Assembly: GCA_028534125.1 (NCBI GenBank)
Contig: CM052816.1
Coordinates: forward strand, 53,136,001-53,200,000
From: Lama glama
Lineage: Eukaryota
Length of the DNA stretch: 64,000 nucleotides
Reading direction: 5' to 3'
Shown piece after piece: positions 13,251 through 26,545 of this stretch (position 1 is the stretch's first letter; the number at the start of each line of letters is the position of its first letter). The notes below the pieces were generated by a model. That model made no database searches. It saw nothing but the letters and a program-made list of their open reading frames with translations, and was not told the DNA's origin. The position numbers and the translations under genes are program-made.

Positions 13251-13303
13251 TTATTTTATTAGTAATTTATTTATTAGTAATTTATTTTATTTATTAGTAA
13301 TTT
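13251..13303. repeat. Short AT-rich tandem repeat, (TTATTTATTAGTAAT) x3
   Basis: Three near-identical copies are directly visible. Confidence 0.8.
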
Positions 13304-13940
13304 CCCCAAACCTTCTTGCCATTCCTTTCCCCCTCCAAGTTTGGAACATTTGACTTATGTCTTCAAAAATCTAGGTGAAAACTCAACATACCGAGGAGTT
13401 TAAGACTGACTATAATTGATGTTTATAACTTTCTTACTTGACATTCCTTGGTACTCATGTGTGTATGTTTATATATAGATATCATTCATTTCTCAACAAA
13501 CATAGACTGAGCATTTTAATACACGTTAGGCACTGGGCATACAAAAATATGCTTCCCTTCTTCATGGAGTTTACCATGTAGTAAATAAACAAACTAAATA
13601 AAGTTTTAAAAAAATTACAAACTTTGATAAATGTTATGAAAATTATTAAATTTTAAAAAGTAAAGAATAATAGTAATACAGCGAAACAATGGATCCCATG
13701 ATTTCTCAGGAATATGAGGTGAGGAGATGGTGAGAAACCATGACCTAGTTGTTCAGGGTAGGTTAGAGAGAAAAGGCTATCCATGGAAACTTAAAATAAA
13801 TTTCAAAGAACCTCTCAATGAACCATGTAGCAAAGCACTATTTTATGTACTTCTTGGTGTCCACTGACTTGTGATACTTTCATCTCCTCAAACACAGAAA
13901 ATTCTGCTATTCTTTCTCAGACATAAAGTTTCCACTACTT

Positions 13941-14118
13941 GGGGAGGGTACAGCTCAGTGGTAGAGCACATACTTAGCATACATGAGGTCCTGGGTTTGA
14001 TCCCCAGAACCTCCATTAAAATAAACAAACCTAATTACCTCACCGTCCAAAAAAATTAAAAATTAAAATAAATTTAAAAATGCTTAAAGAAGGAAAAAAA
14101 CAAAATAAATAATAAAAA
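13941..14118 (+). mobile_element. Vic-1-type SINE with a 15-bp TSD
   Basis: tRNA-like head. The TSD ATAAAGTTTCCACTA is at 13923-13937 and 14119-14133. Confidence 0.92.
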
Positions 14119-14181
14119 ATAAAGTTTCCACTAATATCTTCCCTCCCAACTTCTTGCTTTATCATATTGTTGTACATATTA

Positions 14182-14300
14182 CAACTGACCTTTGAACAAC
14201 TATAATATGGGGTTAGGGGCCCTGCCTAGTCAAAAATCAGAATATAACTTTACAGACTACCCTCCTTCCCAATCTACAGTTCTGCATACAAGTATTCAAA
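14182..14300. mobile_element. MER8/Tigger2-like MITE fragment
   Basis: caactgacctttgaacaac...ggggttaggggc...gtcaaaaatcagaatataacttt. Confidence 0.6.
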
Positions 14301-14304
14301 AACT

Positions 14305-16230
14305 GAAATACATAGGTATAAATCTAATTATGCACAGGATCTAAAGGAAAAGTACACAACTGTGATGAAAGAAACCAAAGACCTAAATTAAATGGAGATA
14401 CATGGAGTGGAAAACTCACTACTGTCAAGATGTCAGTTCTTCCCACCTTGATCTATAGAATCAATGCAATGCCGTTTAAAATCTGAGCAAGTTATTTTGT
14501 GGATATCAACAAACAGATTCTAAAATTTGTATGGAAAGGCAAAAGACCCAGAATAGCCAACACAATATTGAAGAACAAAGTCAGAAGAATGACACTCTCC
14601 GTTCAATTTCATTAGTTACTATAAAGCTACAGTAATCAAGACAGTGTGGTATTGGATAAAAGAACAGATTAATGGAATAGAGTCCAAAAATAAACCCACA
14701 CAAATAGTCAAGGAATCTTTTGACAAAAGAGCAAAGGCAATTCAATGCAGAAATCACTTTTCAACATATGGTGCTGGAACAAATGGAGAAGGAACGAAGG
14801 GAGAAAGGGAGGGAGGAAAGGAGGGAGGGAGGAAAGGAGGGAGGGAGGGAGAGAGGAAGGGAAATCTACAGAGACCTTAAACCTTTCACAAAAATTAACT
14901 CAAAATGGATCATAGATCTAAATGTAAGATACAAAGCTATAAAACTATTAGATAAAAATATAGAAGAAAATCTACATAATTGTGCTTTTGGTAAAGTGGA
15001 CTTTGTTAAAATTAATAACCTCTGATCTATAAAGGATACTATATCAAGAGAATGAAAAGACAAGAGTAGGAGAAAACACTTGCAAAACAGTTTTTATAAA
15101 GCACTATTTTGCAAAATACACAAATTCCTAAAACTCAGTAAGAAAACACAATTTTAAAATGGGCAAAAAAAAAAAAAAAACCTGGAAAAGACCTCTCAGA
15201 AAAAGATATACAGATAGCAAGTAAGTATAGAAGGAGATGCTCAACATCCTACCGTAATTTGGGAACTGCAATTAAAATGATGAGCTACCACTACACACAA
15301 CACCAAATACTCATGAGGATGTGCAACCACCAGAACTCCCACTGCTGCTGGTGGAAATGTATTCTGACACACTGTTGTAAGGCACATACATATTAAGGAT
15401 TATTAGACATCTCTTTAGAGAATTAACCTTTTTATTATGTAATGCTCCTCTTTATGCCTGATACATTTCCTTGCTCAAAAGTCTGCTTTGTCTGAAATTA
15501 ATATAGCTACTCCAACTTTCTTTTGATTTGTATTAGTAACGTGTATCTTTCTTATAAAACTAAATATATTCTTAACATATAATCTAGAAATCACACTTTT
15601 TCATATTTACTCAAATGAGTTGAAAACCTTATGTCCAAACAAAAACCTGCACATGAGTATTATAGGAGCTTTATTCATAACTGCCAAAACCTGAAAGCAA
15701 CCAAGATGTCCTTCAATAGGTAAATGGATAAACAAACTATGGTACATTCATAGAAAGGACTATTTAGCAATTAAGAAAAATGAGAAGCGAAACCAATCTG
15801 AAAAAACTATGTACTCTATGGTTCCAACTATGACATTTTGGAAAAGGCAAAATATGGACACTAATAAAAATCAGTGGTTGCCAGCGACTGGAGAGAGGTG
15901 TCACACTCTAATGAATATATGGAATATAGGGGATTTCTAAAGCAGTGAAATTGTTATGCATGATACTGTAATGGTGGATACATGACATCCATTTGTTAAA
16001 ATCTAGAAAACTGTACAACACAAAGAGTGAATTCTAGTGTAGCCTATGGACTCTAAATGATCATAATATATCAACACTGGATTATCAACTGTACCAAATG
16101 TACCACACCAATACAAGATGTTAACAACAGGGGAGACTCTGGACAAGAGAGAAAGAGTAAATGGGAACTCTGTATTTTCTGCTCAATTTCTCTGTAAACC
16201 TGAAAGTGATAAGATAGTTATTAATTTTTA
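14305..16230 (+). mobile_element. Old L1M (L1MC-like) ORF2 end and 3'UTR, with a (GGAA/GGGA)n tract at ~14787-14862
   Basis: ORF2 remnants read (V)WYW and PFTKINSKWIIDLNVRYKAIKLL. The L1M 3'UTR includes gtaccaaatgtaccacaccaatacaagatgttaac. Confidence 0.85.
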
Positions 16231-16639
16231 AAGTGAAGATACAAACCTATTTAAAGACACAGTTTTGTATTTCACTGTTTTTAAAATATAACCAAAAATG
16301 ATTAAAAATAAATTCACAGTAACCAATTAACACTGATTTTCATCCCTGCTAAGCCCTATTGTTTTAAGGGGATCAGACCAATGTCTTTCTGCTTTGTTAA
16401 CAAGTATTTTTTGGTAGGTTGGTTTTGTTTGTTTTTTGTTTTTAATAGAGGTCAACTTGAACAAAAAAGAATCAATTCAGACATCAGTCATATTAACAAC
16501 TGATAACACATGAATTATTTACAGATGTGGACAGAAGTCCAGACCAAGTGGAATCTTACTTTATGCTAAAAGCAAAGAGATGCCATTAAAGGTTTTTTGT
16601 TTCGTTTTTCCTTCAAAGACCTCACTGGTTCCAGGGAGG

Positions 16640-17170
16640 AATATAGTCTCCCAAGGAAGAGAATCTTGACCTGTACTCTGAAGGATAAAAAGGGATAAAC
16701 TAGGCAAGGTGTAAAGGGAAGATTGGGTCAGAAAGAATGGCATGTCCCTAGCTACCATAAAATAACGTTAACAAACTGGAGTAGAGACAGCATAGGAACA
16801 TAATGAAAGACAATTCTAGAGACACTAACAGACGTGGTGGCCCTAACTTATACTACAATGTCTGAGAACCGATTGGAAGGGGCACCAGAGTGGATGCATA
16901 TATCAGTTCATAGTCTCCTGTGTCAGTCCATGACAAGTTGGTGGTAAGCTTCGACTGGAGGAAGAGAAAAGCACACATTCAAGAAATGCTTTGGAGATAA
17001 AATCAACAGGACTTGGTGAACGACTGGATTTTTCCCTTTACCCTAAAGTTTTTGGTATTCATTGATACAAAGAACACAAGAATAGAAACAGGTTTTTAGA
17101 AGCAAAGATCACGGATTCAGAGACACTGCATCCAAACTGCGTTTTAGATATCCATGAAGAGAGGTCATGT
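16640..17170 (-). mobile_element. L2 remnant
   Basis: ggagataaaatcaacaggacttggtgaacgactggat and similar antisense L2 motifs. Confidence 0.5.
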
Positions 17171-17677
17171 AGGGAATGCAAAATGTCCAAGATAGATACT
17201 ACCTTTAAGTCTACAATCTAACTAGGGAAACAAACCAACAGACATATAAGTAAAATACTGACTGTAAAAGTTTAGAGAAAAGTTGGTTCAGAGTGGGCTA
17301 AAGCACTTGAAAAAGATGTTCTAAAGCTAGGATTTGAGCTGGGTCTTAAAAGGATGGGAAGTGCTAGACAGGTGAAGGAGAGCAACTCAATCTTGAGAAA
17401 TCACATGAATAAAAGCATCACAGATAAGCAATCTGGATGGGAGGAAGGGGGTGGCAATTTCCATCATGCCCCCTGAAGTAGAGGGTATGCCCTAGTGAGC
17501 AGGGTATCACATTGGTTCTGTAACTGCAGCACATTCTAATGAGGAGTGAAACCATCTATGGAGCAGAAAGAAAGATGCATTAGATCAATGTGACCAGTTT
17601 AATTTTCAGTTCACAAAGTTCAACTTACCTAAATAACCATATCAAAGTGATGCTCATTTGTGTATCTGGTTACTTGA

Positions 17678-17792
17678 AGTATGGTCTCAGCAAATGTTAG
17701 AAATACAGAACCTCAGGGCCCACTCCAGACCTACAGAATCAGAATCTGAGTGCATAATGAATACGCACAGCCAAGTTTGAGAGGTACTGCTT
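17678..17792. mobile_element. MER5A1-like MITE
   Basis: gttagaaatacagaacctcagggcccactccagacctacagaatcagaatctg...aagtttgaga. Confidence 0.7.
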
Positions 17793-18399
17793 CAACAGAT
17801 ACATTGTATAGCCATATTAACTATACTGTGAGGCAAAAGTCTGTAAGTTATACAAGATATGGTCAATTTTCAAACTTTCAAATTAAAATCTGTAGAATTA
17901 TGGTATGTAACTTTTTTCCTTGGCTCTAAAATCGCTTTCCCCTCTCACTCTCTCACTACACATCTATTATTTTATAATAGCTCAATTAGTACTATTCAGA
18001 CTAAAATTAAGCCAAAAGTCCCATTTCTTGTGGTTCTGTTCCCTATTAAAGCATTTTTAGCTGTTTTAAGAAAAAAAAGTTATTACTGAAAACAACACAG
18101 AATGATCATCTTTAGAAGACAGGTACAAAGTGACAGAGTCAGCCTGGCCTTATCTCCAGCACTGGTCAGAATCTTATCTCTGGACATGGGCCATTCAATG
18201 AAGTTGGATGTTTAAAAGCAGTGGTGGCCATTAAAATCATCAAATTAACTCTCTTCATTCTGAAGATTTGTTTACTTGTTTTTTTTTAAATTGTATTTTG
18301 GCCTTTCACCATTATAAAGAAAATACTGCAATGATCATTAGATATTTCAGTTCTTTTGACAAAATTCTATTAATTTAAGAACTGGCAATTTAGAATAAA

Positions 18400-19700
18400 C
18401 TGAAAAATCACAATAGAACTAGAATTCAATAAGCTGTTAGAATATACATGCAGAAACCAACAGCCCTTTCATAGTAAATACAGAACAACCAGCAAGGATT
18501 CTATTTACAACAAAACAGAAATACCTAGGAATAAACTTAAATCTATTAGGAGCCATGTAAATGAAATGTTAAGGCACCAAAAGACTATATAAATGGAAAA
18601 ATAAAAATAAAAATATCAATTCTCACTAACCTACACATTTCACATGGTAATACAACAACCTTTTGACATTTTCATGGCATAAGAAAAGACAAAATTTTAA
18701 ATTCTCATGAAAAAATAAAATGACAAAAATAGCAAAAACAAAAAATTTATAAAGAGTAGTTGTGGAGAGGGGCAACAGCCTACTAGGTAGTATAAATATT
18801 TGATATAAGCATCAAGTACAATGAAGTATTTCAGATATATGAAAGTTTACTGCATGAATCATAAGCATGAATCATTCAAGAAATGTTGGTGGTAACTGTC
18901 ATTTCATCAGAGAAAAAACAGTTGGACTCCCTACGTTATTCCTTACACCAAAATAAATTCCAGTAGGATCAACAATTTAAATCCAAACAAAATCATAAAA
19001 GTTGAAGAAATGAGGGTCTTTTTGTTTTTTGCTTTAAATAATCTCAACATAGGGGACTTTTACAGCATAACTCAAAATTTCTAAACTATCAAAAAAAGGA
19101 CTAATAAATTTTGCAGCAAAAATTTTAAACTGGCTACAGACATAAAAAATTAAATCAAGAAATAAATGACAAAGGGAAAAAAACTTGCAATATAGACAAT
19201 TTCCAAGGTCAAAAACCACGAACAAAAAATAGGTAAATAATGGAATGAATGAGTTCATAGAAATGACTCCTGAACAAATGAAGACTCACTTATACTGCAA
19301 AATAAATCACTAAAACTTCACAGATCAAAAAGTTTTAAAATACACTCCTACTTAAAAGGATATAGAAACAAATTACAACCTCCTCCATTTGTTTCAAAAA
19401 ATGTAAACTGATACATCCTCTACAGAAAGCAATTTAAACAAAACACGTATTTCTCTTCCACCCAGCAACTTCTCTTATAGAATTTGTCCTATAGATACAA
19501 ATGCATGTGTGGAAAGGAGTGCTGTTTCAATAGCAAGAGGTCAGGAAAAACCTATGTGTCAAAACAAATCCATTCAATGCAGCATTATTTAGCCATTAGA
19601 ATAAATACAGCTTGTTGAGAGGAAAAAAAGCAAGACAGATATAACAGAGTATATAGTATGCTACCATTTGAGCTGTTAAAAAGGCGAAGAATATATATGT
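18400..19700 (+). mobile_element. Highly decayed L1ME ORF2/3'UTR
   Basis: aaatacctaggaataaactta, ttggactccctacgttattccttacaccaaaataaattcc and cccagcaacttctctt. Confidence 0.65.
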
Positions 19701-21481
19701 CCTATGTCTTTGTACATTTCTCTTCACTTTCCCATCCCAAAGGTATTCTGGCTTACACACCAAAAAAGGAAAATTAAATTTTCCTCTTTGCCACAATATC
19801 CAAAACTACAGATACACTTTCCTAAAAATGAAGTATGAGAAGTATGAAAATGACACATGCTTCTCTTCCTTTGCTCACCTATTATTTCATGTATAACTAA
19901 ATCATGTGTTGAATCATCTATTTTAAGCTACAATTGAAAAAAAAGGATTATGAAAGCAGCTGTGTACATAATCAACTTCTTTATCACAGGACTCTTCTCA
20001 AGTCTCAGAAATCAGTTCTAACAAGTGGCAAAGGTGCTCACTTCCGCCATGGCTTAGCACCAAAACTGCAGCAAATCAGAAATAAAATAACCAGAATAAG
20101 GAAGGACCAGGGGGGAGGGGGTTACTGTATAATAGCAATAAAACAATGGTATTGTTCACAATGCAATATAAACTACTTTTATAGTTTTAATAAAGGCAAT
20201 AATTCTCTCCTTGCAAGATAATGTACATTCAAAGAAGGCCTTTATCTTTCATTCCACTTGAAAATGGAACGCTTTCATTGAGATAGTGATTTTCTATCAA
20301 GTCCTAGGAATTGCAAACCTACTGAAAGAATGAGAAAAAACCCAACATGGTAGCAAAATCTCTAAATAATAAATTCCCCATAGCCATTGACAAGCAATCA
20401 AATGCCAGGATTCAGCAATAAGACAATCCTCAGATACTAGGCTTTTCTGAGCTGTTTTTTAGAGACACTAAAGTAAATGTAATGCACCAGTTTAGATACT
20501 ATTTTCTACCAACACAAAAACATCAAGTCACTATATGCTTATTAATAAAATCACAATAGCACTCTACACAGATAAATGCAACCTCAAAAGAGAAAATCAG
20601 TTTTCTATTCAAGTATTAACATATTTATATATTATTTCCCACATGCCTTTGATCCACAAATAGAGCAGTCCTTTACAAAGCTATTATGCACCAACTAAAC
20701 TTAATACTCTTGCAGAGAAGCCCAAGGCATCTCACCTAACACTGCTAATTTATTAATTTGTCTTCTTTGCTATAAAGTTTCATGTTTTTCCAACATTAGA
20801 TTACTGTAAAACCAATTAGAGCTTCAACTGGCAATCCATTTTAATCTAAGTATCCGAAAATAATCTTAAAGGAAATGTACTTTAAAACTTCAAAGATGCG
20901 ACTTACTAAGCATTAGACTTTTTAGTCTAAACCATTTCCTATAATCCATGATAGAAGAATACAACTGTAAAATATAATCACTAACTTGCTATAATAACAT
21001 ATTTAATTTTCAATTTTGCTAACCAAAGCTGACTAAATCCAGGTAATAAATAAACTCGACTGTGGATATTTGCAGGTTATGAACTGTGAAACATAAAAGG
21101 TGCTATAAATACATATACAAAAAAAAAAAAGAGTAGAAAGAAATTGGACACAGAGTTAGCTGACTTAGGATTAAGGGTGTTTGGGATGTACAGGGAAGGC
21201 CCGAATTTAAAATGGGGGAAAAAAAGAAAGAAAGAAGGAAATAAAGATATTAAATGGAGAAATGCGGGTTTGCTAAATTTAAGAAGATTCACTGATGGAC
21301 ACAAACTGAGTCAGAATGTAGATAGATCTGAGTGAGAATACAACATGCCTCCAAAGGATGATTTCAGAAGGGCTCAAGAGCAACCAACGTAATATAGGTG
21401 CTCACTGCAGATGCAGAGGAAAAGAAGACAGGTAGAAAAGGGGGCTAGAAAGTAAAGAGTTGTATTTGTTTCAAAATCTGA

Positions 21482-21591
21482 AACAAACTCATAGACATAA
21501 AATACTAACTTGTGGTTGCCAGAGGGGAGAGGGGTGGGAAGGGACAGACTGGCAGTTCAAAATATGTAGATACTGACAGAGACAGAGAGAG

Positions 21592-21636
<45 letters not shown>

Positions 21637-21825
21637 AAGAATAGATAAACAAGTTTATACTGTATAGCACAGGGAAATATATACAAGATCTTGTGGTAGC
21701 TCATGGTGAAAAAGAATGTGAAAATGAATATATGTATATTCACATATGACTGAAAAATTGTGCTCTACACTGGAAATTGACACAACATTGTAAACTGACT
21801 ATAATTCAATAAAAAAAAAACAAAA
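21482..21825 (+). mobile_element. Young L1 3' end containing an (AG)n microsatellite (~21577-21640)
   Basis: L1 3'UTR tgtatagcacagggaaatata...gaaattgacacaacattgtaaactgactata, an A tail, and an AAAATCTGA duplication on both sides. Confidence 0.88.
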
Positions 21826-23110
21826 CAAAAATCTGACATATCTCTCGTGCAATTTGAGAAAGTTATTTTGCTCTACTGATTCATGTATAAGAAATTAAGC
21901 AGAATTATATAAAGCATTAATTAAATACATTAGCCTAATAAATAGAACACTTCTCCCTTTCCCTTCTTTCTAGCTTCGCTAAAGGTCACCTTTTTTTGCC
22001 TCCCCTGATCTAGACCTGATAAAAACTAGGCTCTTAACCTAGTCTCAGTTATCTGATATTTGTTTCAAATCTGATATTTGAAACAAAGCTCTGCTTACTG
22101 CAAAAGTTCTCTAGGGCAAGAACCCACAACTTAAACTCAGGTTCTTAAAGAAGCCAGTGACAACAGCTTAAAAAATTTTTTTCTTTCAAGACTCCCTATG
22201 ACCCCTGCACAGAGAAAGTGTACAACAACCCTGTGCCACTTACTCCTTTACCTAATCCTATTCAACTTGGCTTCTTATCCAGTGACCACTTATAAGGAGA
22301 AGAGAGAGAGAAGGAATCTCCTGGGCTTAATAATTTAGTCCCCATCCTGTACCTTGCCAATCAGAGACAGTTCTAGAGTCCTCTCTCTGACTTTAGGATT
22401 ACAGGGCTACCACTATCTTTGAAGATCTTAGAATAATTTTTGAAGTCCTAGATACAAAATTTAGAAGCTAAACTCTCATGTGCAGTTTCATAACTTTCTT
22501 CCTACTCTAACGTATCAAACTCAACAGTGCCTCGTTTTTTTTCCCCAATTAAGATGTAAGAAGCAACTTACGTTAATCTACAAACATATCCATCATTAAA
22601 TGATTAAGACATGCAAACAATTATGTGTGTGAAAAAGGGTGACTCAAGACTAGCATTGAGGTGCTCAGATGGGAGAAGCCTATTACAGCAATAAAACTGG
22701 ATCCATGGCCCCAGGAACTTCCCTTAGGTCTAGATGATGTTTCCCCCACCGACAAGTAAGGCCCAATACCACAGGTTATCTTCCATTCACAAAGCGGGCT
22801 GCTCAATGCTCAACTCAGTTCTTGTTTCGTAAAACTGTTGAATCATTTTTGTTATTTCTATATTAACCACTGATTATTTGCTAACAACTGTTAATGCTGA
22901 AATCCAATTTTAGAAAATGTAAGGGCTACTGACAGAAATGACCCATTTGACATCTTAAAAATTGGCTTTCAAATTTTTTACTTCATAGATGAGAGGTAAA
23001 TTTGATTTTGTTTTACTCCTAGGTGAAAACCTTTAATTAAAATGTTAGAAACATGCATCCATGTCATGTATAGAAACCAGCTTTGTAACATATCAAAAAA
23101 CACCCACTGA

Positions 23111-23317
23111 TACACTGTATATAGCACAGGGAAATATACACAAAATGTTATGATAAATCACAGAGAAAAAAATGTGACAATGAGTGTGTATATGTCCATG
23201 TATGACTGAAAAATTGTACTGAACACTGGAATTTGACACAACACTGTAAAATGATTATGAATCAATAAAAATGTAAAAAATAAAATAAAATAAAAAAAAA
23301 CAAACAAACAAAAAAAA
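23111..23317 (+). mobile_element. Young L1 3' end with a 16-bp TSD
   Basis: The TSD AAAAAACACCCACTGA is at 23095-23110 and 23318-23333, flanking the L1 3'UTR and A tail. Confidence 0.9.
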
Positions 23318-24369
23318 AAAAAACACCCACTGAGCACTGACTGCGTACAGAAGCACTGGGAAATTGAGGCATTAGAAAACCTTAACAACAAAACCTATCT
23401 TTGTCTCCTGGGCCTTACAATGCATTTTAAAGGGCAGGAGGGACCCATAAAGAGAAAAACCAGGGCAGCAGTTATGGATGATATGAACCGTATGTAACGT
23501 TAAGTTCTCTCTGATCTGTGAATTTCTGAAAGAAATTCCTCTGGTTTCTGACAGTGCTCAGAAACAACTTTCTTTAGGAGGGGCACCTTACCTGGCCCTA
23601 GAAAGAGGGTGGAACTTAGACAAAAAAAGGACTATGGGGGGGGGTAGGGAGGATCCTATACAATGGAGCATGGTGTATGGTGAGTTCAGTGAATAATCGG
23701 TAAAAGCTTGGCTGGAATAATGAAAGGTTCATGCTGGGAAGAGAAAAAGGTAAGACTGGCAAAATGTGAATGAATCTAATCGCCAGGAATTTGGGCTCTG
23801 TCTGCAGGATGACAGTAAACAATGGAAGAGTTCAGTTTGGTGTGTGTATGTTAAAAGCTGGAAAGGTGGGTATGAAGATCTGCAAAATAATGTTTTAAAA
23901 TAATTTGGGAGCAAGGTATACAAAGGCTACACTGCAAGGAAGACATTGAAGGAGAGCTAAAATCAGTCCAAGGGTGAAATAGTGAGCGATTAAGCTGAAG
24001 TGCGTATAGGAACAACATGGGAAAGGAAATAACTAATGCATGAATGATTTCATAGTATTTCAGTTCTAAAATTCTTATTTAACATCTCTGAATCAGTACG
24101 CATTCAGAGATCAACAGGTACTTACAACACAGTGATGTACGTGTAACTATTATGCTACTTTATAGAAAAAGAACCAGAGGCACAGGCTCAATAAATTGCC
24201 TAAAATTAGGTAGCTGGTGAAAGGTAGAAGGTGTGAATCTTTCACAGCCTAACTTAATCTCTTAACCACTGCCCTTTATGTCTGACTCATAACTACTAGT
24301 CGATTATTTTTTTCTTATGGGAATGATATCAGTCTTTTGAGTCTAGGAAGACTGAAAATATGATGAAAT

Positions 24370-24793
24370 ATATACAGTGGAATACTACTCAAACATACAA
24401 AACCGAATTTTTGACATTGGCAACAACATGGATGGACCTGAAGGGTATTATGCTTAGCGAAACAACTCAGAGAAAAACACCATGGAGTCTAAAAAATAAA
24501 ACAAATCAATGAACATAACAAAAAAAGAAACAGGCTCACAGATACAGAGAACAAACCAGTAGTTAACAGTTGAGAGAGGGAAGGGGGAGGGGCAAGACAG
24601 GGCTAGGAAGTTAAAAGGTAAAAACTACTCTGTATAAAATAAATAAGCTACAAGGATATACTGTACAGCACAGGAAATATAGCCAGTACTTTATAATAAT
24701 CTTAAATGGAGTATAATCTATAAAAATATTGAGTATCCATGATGTACACCTGAAACTAACAACTCTGAAAAACAATTATACCTCAATAAAAAT
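24370..24793 (+). mobile_element. L1 3' end (older laurasiatherian/artiodactyl subfamily)
   Basis: ggaatactactca...acatggatggacctgaagggtattatgct...tgtacacctgaaactaa...tacctcaataaaa. Confidence 0.85.
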
Positions 24794-25981
24794 AGTCTTT
24801 ATTTGAAGTTTTAGGTCTCGAAAGACGCAAAGTGTATAGTAAAACCTGCTGAAGGGCCAACTCCAAAGCCCTCCAGGGACCCAGAGACCTTTTAACACTG
24901 TTTACAAAAGCAAGCCATCTAGACAGGCTTCACTGTGAGCTGGCATATAATTTCCTTTTGGTAAAAAGATGAACCTTTTTCAAGTTCAAATATTGCTAAA
25001 GTTAATTCTCGTCTCTTTCTCTTTTAATCCTCCACTTCTTTAACCCTACTTGTCATAATCTTTTCATTTTCATTTAGCAACCACAATACCCAAATTCACA
25101 TCACCTAATATAAAAAGAGAAAAAGAGGAGGTAGGATTTCCAGCTAAAAATAGAGTTCACATCCTTAACTGCCCTCTTCCCCTGCCTAGCCAGAAAAATA
25201 AGATTATTATTTAGTATAGTTATGAGGGGAAGGGAGTACAATATTAACAATTCAAAGTTATGAACAAAGTTTTTGAAATGGGAATAAATAGAGGGAGAAA
25301 GGAGGCAGATTTCAGGTCTTATTATTTCTACTGTAGGGGGAAGTACTAGAAAACGTTTTGGGGAGAAAATAAAATTTCTTTGAAGTAATACATATCTGTG
25401 AAATCTTAAGGAAAATTATCACACCATCTAAACCAATCACCCTTAGCAAGCTCAATAAAGAACAGAACTTACAAAATAAGCATCAGTATCACATTTATTT
25501 TTCCTGTGGTTACAGAAAAATTTTATAAGTCTATATAAAAAAGATATGCATTCTGTCTCACATTAGTTTAATGTATCATGCACACAACACAGTTTTCTGT
25601 ATCAGACATACAATTCGCCTCCTTTGGGATTACAATGTTCTCCAATGACAGACAACATTGACAGTGTATGTGCATAATGAAGGTTTTCCAAAAAGTGATC
25701 AGTGAGACACTGCTAATATTTTTGTCCGTGATGAGACATTGACTATGTATTTCAATTTGACAACGGCTATATTTATCAGTTAGCTTCACTCCCTTCCTAT
25801 AGGGATGAAGATAGTCCAGTCGTTAAGAAAATCAGCTGAAATCAGGCATGGATTTGAATCTGGTTCTCTTATATAGATATGTTATCTTAGGCAAATTTAT
25901 CTAATCTTCCTGAACCTGTTTCCTCTATTGTAAAATCTTTACCTCTTAGGTTAATATGAAGATTAATATTGGTTAAGTGTA

Positions 25982-26070
25982 GGGCGGTGGGTATAGCTCA
26001 GTGGTAGAGCACATGCTTAGCATGTGTGAGGTCTCAGGTTCAATCCCCAGTACCTTACAATAAAAAAATT
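25982..26070 (+). mobile_element. Vic-1-type SINE (short tail) between MIR fragments
   Basis: gggtatagctcagtggtagagcacatgcttagcatg...ggttcaatccccagtacc. Confidence 0.85.
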
Positions 26071-26404
26071 TAAGAAGTGTTAACATTTATCAAGTGTCTA
26101 CTGATAAATGGCACTACTCTAAGTAGTCTACATAAAAACTACTTTTAAATCACTTTATAAGGCAGTAGTAGTATTCTCCTGCCTTTACAGATGAGGAAGC
26201 TATAGCACTGAGAGAATTAGGTGAGCCCAAATTCACGAAGCTATTAAGTGGAGGAGCCAGGACTCAAACTCACTTGAACCCTTCCTTCTATACTCCTATC
26301 TACATGGTAACTAAGTTAATATATTTAAAGACCTCCCAAGACTGCTTGATCCACAGGAAGCATTTAATAACCGTCAGACATTTATCATTCCAAACTAGAG
26401 CCTT

Positions 26405-26545
26405 GGGTGTAGGGTGTAGCTCAGGGGTAGAGATGTGCTTGGAGCGCACGAGGTCCTGGGTTCAAACCACAATGCCTCTGCTCAGGGGAAATATTTTTTT
26501 TTAAATAAAATAAAGTAAAAAATCATCTACACACTTAAAAACAAG
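26405..26545 (+). mobile_element. Vic-1-type SINE, diverged
   Basis: gggtgtagctcaggggtagag...gaggtcctgggttcaaacc, with an imperfect TSD aaactagagcct/aaactggaccct. Confidence 0.8.

Noticed and set aside
25568..25789. Cys/His-rich 73-aa ORF suggestive of a transposase or zinc finger
   Set aside because: The motif spacing is not convincing, the start is non-ATG and no exon boundaries are evident. It cannot be supported without a search.
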